Under the pieces are notes generated by a model, which had not been told where the DNA came from, did no database searches, and saw only the letters and a program-made list of their open reading frames with translations. Below are positions 14,007 to 27,560 of a stretch of DNA of 64,000 bases, piece after piece; position 1 is the stretch's first letter; the number at the start of each line of letters is the position of its first letter. This DNA is from Heterodontus francisci. Taxonomy: Eukaryota. The stretch lies in assembly GCF_036365525.1 (NCBI RefSeq), contig NC_090404.1, positions 1,984,001 to 2,048,000 of the forward strand. The letters run 5' to 3'. The position numbers and the translations under genes were made by a program.

Positions 14007-14295
14007 GAAATTGGATCAGTACATTAACAATTTACTAATACATTTAACCCTTCATGGGGTCCCATACAAGTTTCACACTTGCTCAAACACAGCACAAGAA
14101 GGTTTCAAAAAGAACTCTGGACATTCAGACATTTGGAGAAAAGGATGTTTATTGTCTAATTTGATCAATGGATATTTTTTTTCCTCAGTTACTGCCAGAA
14201 GAAAGATTTCATCGCGATCACAACAATCCTCTGGTTGGGTTAACCATACATTTACAGGGATTAGAGAAATAGGTGATTGATTGAATCAGTAGATG

Positions 14296-14678
14296 TTATG
14301 AACAGGATTTAAAGCTATCAGTTAGAACAAGTGAGACATTGACCAAGGTGGGTTTGTTATGAGATTTATTGATGCTTCTGAACAAACTGGTTGTGACGGA
14401 CTCGTGTCCCACCACACAGGAATAAGTGGTTCCGCTGTTCCACTCCTCTGCAGAGACTGTCAACTGACTGCCTGAGTTCCAGCCACTTCTGCCATCCTCG
14501 GTCACTGGCTGGTTCACAAACCCTGACTTCAGAAGCGTGTCATTGGCCATCCAGGCCAGGTAGATCTCTGCGGGGGAGAATCCGGTGACCAGACAAACCA
14601 GGGTTGCCGTCTGATCCGTCTCCATCTCATGTGATGAAGGGGGGAGGAGGTAGACTTGAGGATGAGTCTGAACATCAA
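14296..14678 (-). CDS. IgW: IgW terminal constant exon (C6) with secretory tailpiece
   Basis: Acceptor TTTCCAG|TT. C1-set domain PQVYLLPPS..ATLVCLVTGFSPAEIYLAW..EEWNSGTTYSCVVGH. Tail KPTLVNVSLVLTDSFKSCS* has an NVS glycosylation sequon and a penultimate Cys. Confidence 0.93.
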
Positions 14679-15807
14679 CTGGAAACAGAGACAACCTGGG
14701 TTAGACTGAGTCTTTCACTCATCCTGTATTTACCTAACATGTTCTATTCTTCTACAAACCTAGGAACTTTTGCATCCCCAAGAACCCCTCCTATATCAGA
14801 AAGTAAAAGCATTTCTCTCTTTGTTCATTGTTGGAGTAGAGGGTGCATGGGATGGAATCTTCAATCATGCTGATTTTATAACCAGTGAGAATAACTTGTT
14901 CAGTTTAAACATTTGGAGCCAGTGAACAACTGGGACTCTGCAGAAAAAGTGTCCGAATGTTTAATGAGGATGGACTGTTCTTTGAATGATCAATTTAATC
15001 AAAATTCTTAAAATCGTGAGGGATTTTAATGGAATAAATAAGGATAAAGTGTTTCCACTGGTACGAGAGTCAGGAAATAGAGGGCAGTCATTTTAGAGAA
15101 TTGGAAAACAACCAGAGGAAAAGAGAGGAGAATCTTCTTTTGCTCAGCGAGTTCTGATGATCTGGAAAGCACTGCCTGAAAGGGGGTGGTGGAAACAGAT
15201 TAATTAGCAACTTTCACAAGGGAATTGTATATCTGGTTGAAAGAGAGAAAACTGCAAGGCTATTGGGGAAGAGTAGATCGGGTGTGAGATTATTGAATAG
15301 CTCTTTCAAAGAGCTGGCCCAGGGGTGATGGACTGAATGGCCTCCTTCTGTGTTATATGATTCTATGAGAAACATCAGAGATCCACTTCCCAGCCCCTGC
15401 TTACTGTTGTTGAGAGTTAGGCTTCAGGGATTATTCTCGTCCTGTGGTGTCTGCTTCATCTCCCCTTCCTCTTAATGGATTTGCTCGGCTTCAACCTACT
15501 CCTCAGACAGACGATCTCCCTCACCATTCCAATGGCTGACTTGACTCGGGATCTTTCTAATGTTGTGAAAGCTGCTAATCCCTCTCTGTTTATTCCATAA
15601 CCGTGAACTGATTCCATGGGAGTCAGTGTGATTTGGAGTGAGGCTGTTGTGGTGATTTGAGGTTTTATTTGATCTATTTCTTGGCAGTGTTTGCACATCT
15701 CTTGGTCTTTAACACAGTCTGACACCCCGGATTAAACAGCTTACTGTTAGATATTAATAAATCACTTAATTTGCTAAGAACAGACTCACAGTTCCATCCA
15801 CACGTAC

Positions 15808-16128
15808 CTTGAGCTTTCCTGATTGACCTCTTCTCCGGCGTTGGCAAACTCTTGTCCTCCACCAAACACAAATACTCAACCCCACTCTCCCACTCTGCAG
15901 CAGGGACCGTCAGTCTGCTGAAGATCACGTCTTTATCTCCAATCCTCTCGGGACCCTGAGTCTTCACTCCATCTTCTCTCTCACTTCCATCCACCTGCCA
16001 GGTTACCCTGACCCCCTCTAAATCACCATGAAGTACCTCACAAAGAATTGTCGCCATCCTGTTCCTCCAGATCTCTTCAAAAAGAGGCTTGCTTAAGATG
16101 ACCGAGATCCCAGTGTCCAAACATTCAT
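15808..16128 (-). CDS. IgW: IgW constant exon C5
   Basis: CCCAG|AT ... AAG|GTACGT, 321 nt, phase 1/1. DECLDTGISVILSKPLFEEIW..ATILC..VTW..EWESGVEYLC. Confidence 0.92.
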
Positions 16129-16499
16129 CTGGGAGAAATATTACAATATTATTTTCTGATTCCATAATGGGATGTCGGCTTCACTTGCAATGCTGGCATT
16201 TCATGCTCATCTCCAGAGATACAACTGAGTGGTTAGCTTGGCTACTTCAGAGGGGAGTTATGTGTCAAGCACAGTGGTATGGGACTAGAACCACCAGGGT
16301 AAAGGCAACAGGTATCCTTTCCCAAAGGAACATTCACAAACCAGTTGGGTTTTTATGACCATCCGACAGCTTCATGGTCACTTTTATTGAAACCAACTTT
16401 CTATTTCCAAATTTTACTTTTCAAACTGAATTCAAATTCTCAAACTGCCTCGGTGGGATTTGAACTCAGTTCTCAGGATTATGAACTGTACCTGTCAAT

Positions 16500-16960
16500 C
16501 TTGGCTCATTGGTAGGGCCCTCTCCTCTATGTCGGAAGGTTGTGTGTTTAAGCTCCACTCCAGACACTTGAGCACATAATCAAGACCGACGTACCCGGAG
16601 CCAGGACTGAGGGAGTGCATCACTGTCAGACCTGCCGTCTTTCAGATGAGATGTTACACCAAGGCCTACTCTGCCTTCTCAGGTGGACCAAAGTGATCCT
16701 ATGGCCATGATTCAAAAGAGGGAAGGGGAGATGTCCTCCGTGGCCTGGTCAAGATTTATCTCAAATTCAACAACACTGAAACAGATTATCTGGTCATCAT
16801 CATATTGCTGTCTGTGGGACCTTGTACACAAATTATTTGACGCGCTCCTTGTATTACAATAGTGACTGCACTTCAAAAAAATACTTTGTTGGCTGTCAAG
16901 TGTTTTGGAATGTCCTGAGGATGTGAAAGATGCAACAAAAATGCTATTATTTCTTTCTTT
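16500..16960 (+). mobile_element. Deu-domain SINE (paralog of the 27110-27560 copy, duplicated with the exon pair)
   Basis: gagggagtgcatcactgtcagacctgccgtctttcagatgagatg core, at the same position relative to the C4-type exon in both duplicates. Confidence 0.7.
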
Positions 16961-17095
16961 GTCCAGTCCTCTGGCTTTCTAGTCCACTTACAGAACCACT
17001 ACATTACTGCACGTTTTGAACTTGTCTGGACCTAATTGAGTTTATAGCCATCGGGACAAATGATATTAATATTGGAGTCAGGCCCAGGATCCTAC

Positions 17096-17413
17096 CTTGG
17101 ACATTGTTCACCTCCTTGCTGGTTTTGTAGTTGGAGGGTGGATGAGACACTGTGCAGTTGAAGATTGAACCCTTCCTCCACTCCTCTGTACTCACAGTTA
17201 GGTAGTGACTGACACTGAACGTTCCCACCTGCTCCAGAGCAGTGAGTCCAGCGCGGGTGTTGGAGGAGAGCGGAGTACCGTCTTTCTCCCAGAAGACGTG
17301 TATGAGGTCTGGGTAGAATCCAGTGATCACACACTCGAGTGTGACTGTGCTCTTTCTTTTGGTCTCTTGGGCTGGTGGAGGCAGCAGTCTGACAATGGGA
17401 CTTTTTGGCTCGA
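17096..17413 (-). CDS. IgW: IgW constant exon C4' (duplicate)
   Basis: ATTCCAG|TC ... AAG|GTAGGA, 318 nt, open frame. PKSPIVRLLPPP..TLECVITGFYPD..VFW..EEWRKGSIFNCTVSH. Confidence 0.92.
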
Positions 17414-17502
17414 CTGGAATATAGAGGCAAACAAAGGAAGTGTTAAACTTTTTCCTTCAAGTTTAACAAAGTTAGGTGTGTAATTTCTGATCTCTTGCCC
17501 AC

Positions 17503-17805
17503 CTTTTTCACTGCTTATCCGTTTTGACACAGTTGAGGATGAGGAAGCATGTTGGGCAGAGCACTCAAACTCGACCCCGCTGTCCCACTCCTCCACGCTG
17601 GTTTGAAGTTGGCTGATGACCATCTGTAGGGTCCCTTCCTCTGTCGGTCGCTGAGTCTTAACCCCATCACTTCTCTTCTTCCTGCTCACCTCCCAGGAGA
17701 TCTGAACATGGCTGGGATCAGAACAGAGCACTGCACACTCCAGGGTAGCAGTCTTGTTGATCCAAACCTCTTCCATCGAAGGATTTTGGATAAAGACAGA
17801 CATTT
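17503..17805 (-). CDS. IgW: IgW constant exon C3' (duplicate)
   Basis: CTCAG|AA ... AAG|GTGGGC, 303 nt. MSVFIQNPSMEEVWINKTATLEC..ISW..EEWDSGVEFEC. Confidence 0.92.
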
Positions 17806-18787
17806 CTGAGAATGGGAAACGGAAAACTTCAGAAGAACTGACATTGTCTGATGTCAGCAGGCTTCAGAATTTTAGACTTTTCTATTGTTCAATTGAACCA
17901 CACACCATCCTGAGTTGGAAATATTTTGCGGTTCCTTCACTGTCGCTGGATCAAAGTCCTTGAACTTGCTCCCTAACAGCCCTGTGGGTGTACCTGCACC
18001 AGATGCTCTGCAGCAGTTCAAGAAGGCAGCTCACCTTCACTTTCTCAGGGGCAATTAGGGATGAGCAGCAAATGCTGGCCTTGCCTGTGATGCCCACATC
18101 CCATGAAATGAATAAAAAAGATGATGTGATGGAAGGTGAAGACAGAATCCTTTATAATAGATAATATCTTGGGCTGATATTGGATCAAGCGATACTGCAG
18201 CTAAATTTGTAGCAAATTGAACATTAGAAAATCCCAGGGTTATTTAAAAGTTATCTTGAATTTCTTAGCTTTTATGTTTTGATTGAGAAAACATAATGAG
18301 AGCATCTGGAACCCACCAGATCTGTTTTGAATCAGTTTGTCACAACTGTGACCAATAGATCCTCACTGGGGACTGCAATTGAATTGTGGGGCTGAGTGAC
18401 ATTTAGATGTGGTGATGTTAATAAAATGCAATGTCCAGTTTGTGAAATGGACTGATAGAGAGAGAGAGAGAGAGAGACAGATGCTCAGCAAAAGAAACAG
18501 CTGAATAAATGCTTGTTTACTTGCAGCCCCCGTGTGGGGCCGTGGATCGATGGCCTCACCTCTCCCTATCTCTGTTACCTTCAACAGCCTGTCTGATCTT
18601 TTCCAGTCTCATTTTCCTCTTCACTTCCCCTCTCAACTTATTTGGCCTGGTTCTCACTTGAAGATTTCACCTGATGTGCATCATCCACCCTTGTTTTTTG
18701 TTTCATCATATTATCTGTCTCCTTCGTCATCCAACGAACCCTAGCTTTTGTTCCCCTGCTTTTCCCACTTGTTAGAATGTACCCAAC

Positions 18788-20340
18788 CTATACCTGAAAT
18801 ATCTCTTCCTTAAAGATCATCCTTTGTTTCGTTACAGTTTTTCCTGTCAAACTTTGGTTCCATTTTACCCTGGCTGGATCCCCTCTCATCCCATTCAAGT
18901 TAGCCCTCTTCCAATTTAGAAGTTTTACTTTCGATTGTTCTTTGCTCTTCTCCATTATTAATCTAAACCTTATGATACGATGATCACTCATCCCCAAGTG
19001 TTCTCCCACAGACACTTTGTCCACTTGGCCCATCTCATTCCTCAGCACTAAATCCAGCCTGGTTGGACAAAAACATACTGGTCAAGGAAATTCTCCTGAA
19101 CACATTTCAGAAATTCCTCCTGCTCCTTTCCCTTTACTCTAACATGATCCCAATCAATATTTGGGTAATCAAAGCCCCCCAGTATCACCACTCTATTGTT
19201 CTTGCACATTTCTGTGATTTTCCTGCAGATTTGCTCCTCTGTCTCTCTCTCACAATTCGGAGGCAAATAGAATCCCCTCCCCAGTAGTGTGATCATACAC
19301 TTTTAGCTTCTCAAATCTAAACAAATGGATTCCGTCCTTGCCCACTCAAGGACATCCTCTCCTTTCAACACTACAATATCTTCCCTAAACAGTGCTGTCA
19401 CACCATCTTCCTTTTTTCCTTCCTTATCTTTTCTGAGCACTTTCTATCCTTGACGATTCAATGTCTAGTCGCAACATTTTTAAGCCACGTTTCTGTTATT
19501 ACCACGACATCATATTCCCACATGGCTATTTGCACGTGTAGTTTATCTTCCCTATTCACCACACTTTGTGCGTTACATACATGTTTTCTAAACCTGTCTT
19601 TGTATTCTTCATCTTCCTTTTTTTTGATCTGCTTCTATCTGATGTCGTACTACTTCCTTCTCGAGCACTATCCAAGACTCCCACTCCTTTATGTACATTA
19701 TTTCTCTTTTCTACTTTGATATGCAGGTGTGCAGGCCCCTTCCAATTTAGTTTAAACCCTTCCCAATGACACCAGTGAACCTCCCTGTGATGACATTGGT
19801 CCAGTCCTCTTTGGATGTAACCCGTCCCTTTTGAACAGATGCCTCCTGCCCGTGAACTGGTCCCAAAGCCCCAAGAATCTGAAGCCCTTCTTCCTGCATT
19901 CTGCCTCAAGCCACACATTGATCTTCCCTCCCTTCATATTTCTACTCTCACTGGCGCATGACTCTGGGCGTAATCCAGCGATTACTACCTTCGAGGTCTT
20001 ACTTTGTAAACTTCCTCTCTAATTCCTGAATGTCTGACCATAGGACCTCAATACCTTCCCTCTCTATGTTGCTGATACCGACATGCAGCACAGCTTCTGC
20101 CTCACTCCCCTCCCACTGCAGACTATTCTGCACTTTCTCTGTGATGTCCTTTACCCTGGCACCAGGGAGGCAACAAACCATGCAGGACTCATGATGAAGG
20201 TTACAGAAATGCCTGTCTGACCCCCTAACTATGGAATCTCCTAAAGCAACTGTATTTCTATGCTTTGCTGTTCTTCCCTGTGCAGTTCCTTGCCCACTGC
20301 TGCCATCGTCTGGACTACACTCATTCAGTCTCCAGTGCTG
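18788..20340 (-). mobile_element. CR1 LINE 5'-half fragment (ORF1 esterase plus endonuclease), degenerate
   Basis: VALGDSIVRG, CCLPGARVKD, DGLHP, VVILGGFDYPNIDW, GEHLGMSDH. Confidence 0.85.
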
Positions 20341-20883
20341 AGTACTAGTCTGAAAGTGGCACATACCACAAAGACTCCTGCACATCTTCCTGTTTCCTTT
20401 TCAAAGCAAATTCAAATTCTCAAACTGCCTTGGTGTGATTTGAACTCAGTTCTCTGGATTATTAAATGGATATGTTAGCCATGGTTATTTGGTAGGAACT
20501 TCTCCTCTATGTCTGAAGGTTTGTGTGTTCAAAATCTACTCCAGAGACCTGAGCACTTGATCCATGCAGACACTCTCGGTGCCAGTATAAGGGAGTGCTG
20601 CAGATCACAACTGTTCCCCCTCCATATAATGATAAGTTAAAAGTTGGGTGCAGCAGGAAGGATGACTATCATTGTATCAGGATCAAATACTTTAATGAGC
20701 TCTGAGAATTACTTCCTCCAGCTGCAGTTTCAGATGATGTTCAATGCACAGTGTCCGACAAGACTGTCTTTTATTAACTTGAGATGTTCTCACTTTCTCT
20801 CCCCCACCTTTGAAGCAGAATGATGAGCAATATCCTTGCAAAAAAGTGACAGATTGAGACTGATCTCACTGTCACTGTCTGAA

Positions 20884-23800
20884 GTCAATGATTTGTAAAC
20901 CTAGGTTTCATATCCACTGTATATTGTCAATGATTTGTAAACCTAGGTTTCATATCCACTGCATATTGTCAATGATTTGTAAACCTAGGTTTCATATACA
21001 CTCTCTATTGTCAATGATTTGTAAACCTAGGTTTCATATCCACTGCATATTGTCAATGATTTGTAAACCTAGGTTTCATATACACTCTCTATTGTCAATG
21101 ATTTGTAAACCTAGGTTTCATATACACTCTCTATTGTCAATGATTTGTAAACCTAGGTTTCATATACACTCTCTATTGTCAATGATTTGTAAACCTAGGT
21201 ATCATATCCACTGTATATTGTCAATGATTTGTAAACCTAGGTTTCATATCCACTCTCTATTGTCAATGATTTGTAAACCTAGGTTTCATATCCACTGTAT
21301 ATTGTCAATGATTTGTAAACCTAGGTTTCATATACACTCTCTATTGTCAATGATTTGTAAACCTAGGTTTCATATCCACTGTCTATTGTCAATGATTTGT
21401 AAACCTAGGTTTCATATACACTCTCTATTGTCAATGATTTGTAAACCTAGGTTTCATATCCACTGTATATTGTCAATGATTTGTAAACCTAGGTTTCATA
21501 TACACTCTCTATTGTCAATGATTTGTCAACCTAGGTTTCATATACACTCTCTATTGTCAATGATTTGTCAACCTAGGTTTCATATCCACTGTATATTGTC
21601 AATGATTTGTAAACCTAGGTTTCATATACACTGTATATTGTCAATGATTTGTAAACCTAGGTTTCATATACACTCTCTATTGTCAATGATTTGTAAACCT
21701 AGGTTTCATATGCACTCTCTATTGTCAATGATTTGTAAACCTAGGTTTCATATACACTCTCTATTGTCAATGATTTGTAAACCGAGGTTTCATATCCACT
21801 GTATATTGTCAATGATTTGTAAACCTAGGTTTCATATCCACTGTATATTGTCAATGATTTGTAAACCTAGGTTTCATATACACTCTCTATTGTCAATGAT
21901 TTGTAAACCTAGGTTTCATATCCACTGTATATTGTCAATGATTTGTAAACCTGGGTTTCATATACACTCTCTATTGTCAATGATTTGTAAACCTAGGTTT
22001 CATATCCACTGTATATTGTCAATGATTTGTAAACCTAGGTTTCATATCCACTGTATATTGTCAATGATTTGTAAACCTAGGTTTCATATCCACTGTATAT
22101 TGTCAATGATTTGTAAACCTAGGTTTCATATACACTGTATATTGTCAATGATTTGTAAACCTAGGTTTCATATACACTCTCTATTGTCAATGATTTGTAA
22201 ACCTAGGTTTCATATCCACTGTATATTGTCAATGATTTGTAAACCTAGGTTTCATATCCACTGTATATTGTCAATGATTTGTAAACCTTGGTTTCATATC
22301 CACTGTATATTGTCAATGATTTGTAAACCTAGGTTTCATATACACTCTCTATTGTCAATGATTTGTAAACCTCGGTTTCATATGCACTCTCTATTGTCAA
22401 TGATTTGTAAACCTAGGTTTCATATCCACTGTATATTGTCAATGATTTGTAAACCTAGGTTTCATATCCACTGCATATTGTCAATGATTTGTAAACCTAG
22501 GTTTCATATCCACTGTATATTGTCAATGATTTGTAAACCTAGGTTTCATATACACTCTCTATTGTCAATGATTTGTAAACCTAGGTTTCATATACACTGT
22601 ATATTGTCAATGATTTGTAAACCTAGGTTTCATATACACTCTCTATTGTCAATGATTTGTAAACCTAGGTTTCATATACACTCTCTATTGTCAATGATTT
22701 GTAAACCTAGGTTTCATATACACTGTATATTGTCAGTGATTTGTAAACCTAGGTTTCATATCCACTGTATATTGTCAATGATTTGTAAACCTAGGTTTCA
22801 TATACACTCTCTATTGTCAATGATTTGTAAACCTAGGTTTCATATCCACTGTATATTGTCAATGATTTGTAAACCTAGGTTTCATATCCACTGTATATTG
22901 TCAATGATTTGTAAACCTAGGTTTCATATACACTCTCTATTGTCAATGATTTGTAAACCTAGGTTTCATATCCACTGTATATTGTCAATGATTTGTAAAC
23001 CTAGGTTTCATATCCACTGTATATTGTCAATGATTTGTAAACCTAGGTTTCATATACACTCTCTATTGTCAATGATTTGTAAACCTTGGTTTCATATCCA
23101 CTGCATATTGTCAATGATTTGTAAACCTAGGTTTCATATACACTCTCTATTGTCAATGATTTGTAAACCTAGGTTTCATATCCACTCTCTATTGTCAATG
23201 ATTTGTAAACCTAGGTTTCATATACACTCTCTATTGTCAATGATTTGTAAACCTAGGTTTCATATCCACTGTATATTGTCAATGATTTGTGAACCTAGGT
23301 TTCATATGCACTCTCTATTGTCAATGATTTGTAAACCTAGGTTTCATATCCACTGTATATTGTCAATGATTTGTAAACCTAGGTTTCATATACACTCTCT
23401 ATTGTCAATGATTTGTAAACCTAGGTTTCATATCCACTGTATATTGTCAATGATTTGTAAACCTAGGTTTCATATCCACTGTATATTGTCAATGATTTGT
23501 AAACCTAGGTTTCATATACACTCTCTATTGTCAATGATTTGTAAACCTAGGTTTCATATCCACTGCATATTGTCAATGATTTGTAAACCTAGGTTTCATA
23601 TACACTCTCTATTGTCAATGATTTGTAAACCTAGGTTTCATATCCACTCTCTATTGTCAATGATTTGTAAACCTAGGTTTCATATACACTCTCTATTGTC
23701 AATGATTTGTAAACCTAGGTTTCATATCCACTGTATATTGTCAATGATTTGTGAACCTAGGTTTCATATGCACTCTCTATTGTCAATGATTTGTAAACCT

Positions 23801-24270
23801 AGGTTTCATATCCACTGTATATTGTCAATGATTTGTAAACCTAGGTTTCATATACACTCTCTATTGTCAATGATTTGTAAACCTAGGTTTCATATCCACT
23901 GTATATTGTCAATGATTTGTAAACCTAGGTTTCATATACACTCTCTATTGTCAATGATTTGTAAACCTATGTTTAATATACATCGGATATAGTCAAGAAT
24001 GGTAAACCTGGATTTAATATACACCATAAGTAGTCACTAATTTGTAAATCTAGGTTTAATATACACTGTGTGTGGTCAATGATTTGTAAACCTTGGTTTA
24101 GTATACACTGTCTATATTCAGTTATCTGTAAACCAAGGTTTAGTATACACAATGTCTAGTCAATGATTTGTAAACCTCGGTTTAATGTACACCATATATG
24201 GTAAATAATTTTAAAAACCTAGGTTTGATATACACTATGTAGGTTTCATATACACTGTGTATAATCAATA
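20884..24270. repeat. 42-bp AT-rich tandem satellite (~74 homogeneous plus ~7 degenerate copies) in the C4-C3' intron
   Basis: Unit gtcaatgatttgtaaacctaggtttcatat(ccactgta/acactctc)tatt. Contains the palindrome AAACCTAGGTTT. Confidence 0.98.
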
Positions 24271-24279
24271 ATTTAGAAT

Positions 24280-24915
24280 CACAGAATAATACAGTACAGA
24301 AGAGGCTCTTCGGCTCATCGAGTCTGCACCGATGCATTAATCCCATTTGCCAGCACTTGGCCCATAGCCTTGAATGTTATGACGTGCCAAGTGCTCATCC
24401 AGGTACTTTTTAAAGGATGTGAGGCAACCTGCCTCTACCACCCTCCCAGGCAGGGCATTCCAGACCGTCACCACCCTCTGGGTAAAAATGTTTTTCCTCA
24501 AATCCCCCTTAAACCTCCTGCCCCTCACCTTAACCTTGTGTCCCCTCGTAACTGACCCTTTAACTAAGGGGAACAGCTGCTCCCTATCCACCCTGTCCAT
24601 GCCCCTCATAATCTTGTACACCTCGATCAGGTCACCCCTCAGTCTTTTCTGCTCCAGCGAAAACAACCCAAGCCTATCCAACCTCTCTTCGTAGCTTAAA
24701 TGTTCCATCCCAGGCAACATCCTGGTGAATCGCATCTGCACCCCCTCCAATGCAATCACATCCTTCCTATAATGTGGCGACAAGAATTGCACACAGTACT
24801 CCAGCTGTGGCCTTACCAAAGTTCTGTACAACTCCAACATGACCTCCCCGCTTTTGTAATCTATGCCTCGATTGATAAAGGCAAAGGCAAGTGTCCCATA
24901 TCCATTTTTCACCAT
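24280..24915 (-). mobile_element. CR1 LINE 3' fragment
   Basis: LYRTLVRPQLEYCVQF..RGDLIEVYKI..TRGHK, followed by the 3' UTR. Confidence 0.88.
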
Positions 24916-24929
24916 TTGTCAGCTTCGGA

Positions 24930-25950
24930 GGGAGTTGAAGGTTTAAGGTAGTCGATGGGGTGCCAATCAAGAGGGCTGCTTTGTCCTGGATGGTTTCGAC
25001 CATCTTGCGTGTTGTTGGAGCTGCACCCAACCAGGCAAGTGGAGAGTATTCCATCACTCTCCTGACTTGTGCCTTGTAGATGGTGGACAGACATTGGGGA
25101 TACAGGAGGTGAGTTACTTGCTGCAGAATTCTCAGCCTCTGCCCTGCTCTTGTAGCCACAGCATTTATGTGGCTGGTCCAGTTCAGTGTTTGGTCAATGG
25201 GGCCCCCAGGATGTTGATAGTGGGGGAATTGAGCAATGGTAATGCCATTGAACGTCAAGGAGAGATGGCTAGATCCACTCTTGTTTGAGATGGTCATTGC
25301 CTGGCACTTGTGTGGCGTGGCGTGAATGTTACTTGCCACTTATTAGTCCAAGCCTGGGTGTTGTCCAGGTCTTGATGCATATGGACACGAGCTGCTTCAG
25401 TATCTGAGGAGTCACGAATGGTGCTGAACATTGTGCAATAATCAGTGAATATCCCCACTTCTGACCTTATGCTGGGGACAAGGTCATTGATGAAAAAGTT
25501 GAAGATGGTGGGGCCTAGGACACTACCCTGAGGAACTCCTGCAGTGATGTCCTGGGAATGAGATGACTGGCCTCCAACAATCACAACCATTTTCCTTTGT
25601 GCTAGGTATGACTCCAACCAACAGAGACTTTCCCCCCTGATTACCATTGTCTCCACTCCTTGATGCTATACTCAGTTAAAAGCTGCCTTGATATCAGGGG
25701 CAATCGCTCTCATCCTCACCTCTGGAGTTCAGCTCTTTTGTCCACGCTTGGATCAAATCTATAATGAGGTCAGCAGCTGAGTGGCTCTGGCAGAACCCAA
25801 ACAGAGCGTCAGTGAGGAGGTTATTCCTGAGCAAGTGCCGTCCGATAGCACCGTCAACGACCCGTTCCATCACTTTGCTGGTGATCGGGAGTAGACTGAT
25901 AGGGTGCTAATTGGCCAGGTTGGATTTGTCCTGCTTTTTGTGCACAGGAC
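24930..25950 (-). mobile_element. CR1/L2-group LINE RT fragment (same family as 3921-4970)
   Basis: [27 protein letters not shown] and QVRRVMEYSPLAW. Confidence 0.85.
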
Positions 25951-27109
25951 GTGGAAGGATTTGAACCCATTTCCCCAGGGCATTAGCCTGGGGCTCTGGT
26001 TTACTAATCTAGTGATATTCTACTACGCTGCCACCACCTCCCCCTGCTGACATCAGTACCTAGGTTTGGGGAGTGAAGGGAACTCTTTCTTTTTCTGCTG
26101 ATCAGAGTTTTTATTTAAAACCTACCAGGTCGTTCATGGCACCAGTTAAATCTTTGTGTCCTGAATCACCAATTTGCCTCAGGACCACCATCATTGAGGG
26201 TTAATCCTCCCTGTTACTGGATCAAGGTGATATTTCTCATCACCCTGCCTCCTCCCTCACCACGTCCCAACCCCCCCACGGCCTCGCTGGGTAACAAAGA
26301 GGCTTCCAATTTTTGTGAACTAGAGTCATTCCTGAGAGGTGATGGTCAAGTGGTGTGGCCGAGACCCTATCCAACCTGATCCACCACAGGTCACAAAAAG
26401 AAAATGACCATTTATACAAGGAGTGGGTTGGGTGAGGAACCCAAGCTCGGGCTGTAACTTCTCACACTGTTTACACTTTCACCCAGACAGACACCATGGG
26501 CTGGATTTAAACCTACCAAATGGTTTGTAATAAAATTCAACGGCCAATTCCATTCACAACCAATCACTTTATTTTGCACGCTTGTTGGTGACAGTTATAT
26601 TGGAGCTGACCTCCATTTTCAAGGGTCACATTAAGGTCAGTCTGGTAAACAAGCTTTGGCATACACCCAGAACAAGAGGAAGGAGGACAAGTGCAGGGAG
26701 TGTTTCCACCTGGAACAGGAAGATTTACATTTCCACCTGGAATTGGAAGAGTTGCAGATTTAAGTGTTATACAATTTCACCTCCCCTCCCCCATGCTAGG
26801 AAATTGGGAGCTCCACACGGCCCTGAACTCTGCTCCATCCTGTATTTTTAGGATCCTCATGTTTCTCGATCATGAGGACCATGACAAGCTGCTTCACCTT
26901 GACCAGAACAGTAGGATCAGAGGACATGACCTGTGCTTGAAGGGAGTAGGATGGCAATTCAAAACTAATGCAGGGAACAAATATTTCAACCTCCGGAGTT
27001 TTCACTTTTACTGATACTAGTTGTTTATTTCCAGTTCTTACTTTAAAACGGAATTCAAATTCTCAAACTGCCTTGGTGAGATCTGATCTTATTTCTCCTG
27101 ATTATTAAC

Positions 27110-27560
27110 TAGAAGGACTCTCTCCACTATGTCAGAAGGCCATGTGTTCAAATCCCACACCAGAGACATGAGCATATAATCCAGGCCACCAATCTTGGTG
27201 TCAGGACTAAGGGAGCACTGCACTGTTGGACGTGCCATCTTTCAGATGTGACAATAAACCGAGGCAACGTCTACCCTCTCAGGTGGAACAAAAAGATCCT
27301 GCAGACAGTATTTCTAAGAAGAGAAGGGGAGATCTTCTCTGTGGCTGTCTAACATTTATCCCTCAACCAGCAACACGAGAACAGATAATCTGGTCAGCAC
27401 CACATTGCTGTTTGTGGGACCTTGCTGTCTGCAAATTAATTGATGTGTTTTTACATTACAACAGTGACTACACTTCAAAACAAAAATACTTTGTTGGCTG
27501 CAAAGCACTTTGGGATGTCCTGAGGTTGTGAAGGGAGCTACATGAATGCAATTGTTTCTT
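27110..27560 (+). mobile_element. Deu-domain SINE
   Basis: gggagcactgcactgttggacgtgccatctttcagatgtg...ctcaggtggaac core. Confidence 0.7.

Noticed and set aside
20888-23992. 1034-aa ORF of MICKPRFHIH(C/S)(I/L)LS repeats
   Set aside because: Artefact of a stop-free 42-bp (multiple of 3) satellite lying antisense in an intron; no other coding evidence.
8040-24270. CRISPR-like appearance of the 41- and 42-bp arrays
   Set aside because: Head-to-tail repeats with no unique spacers, no cas genes, and a vertebrate context.
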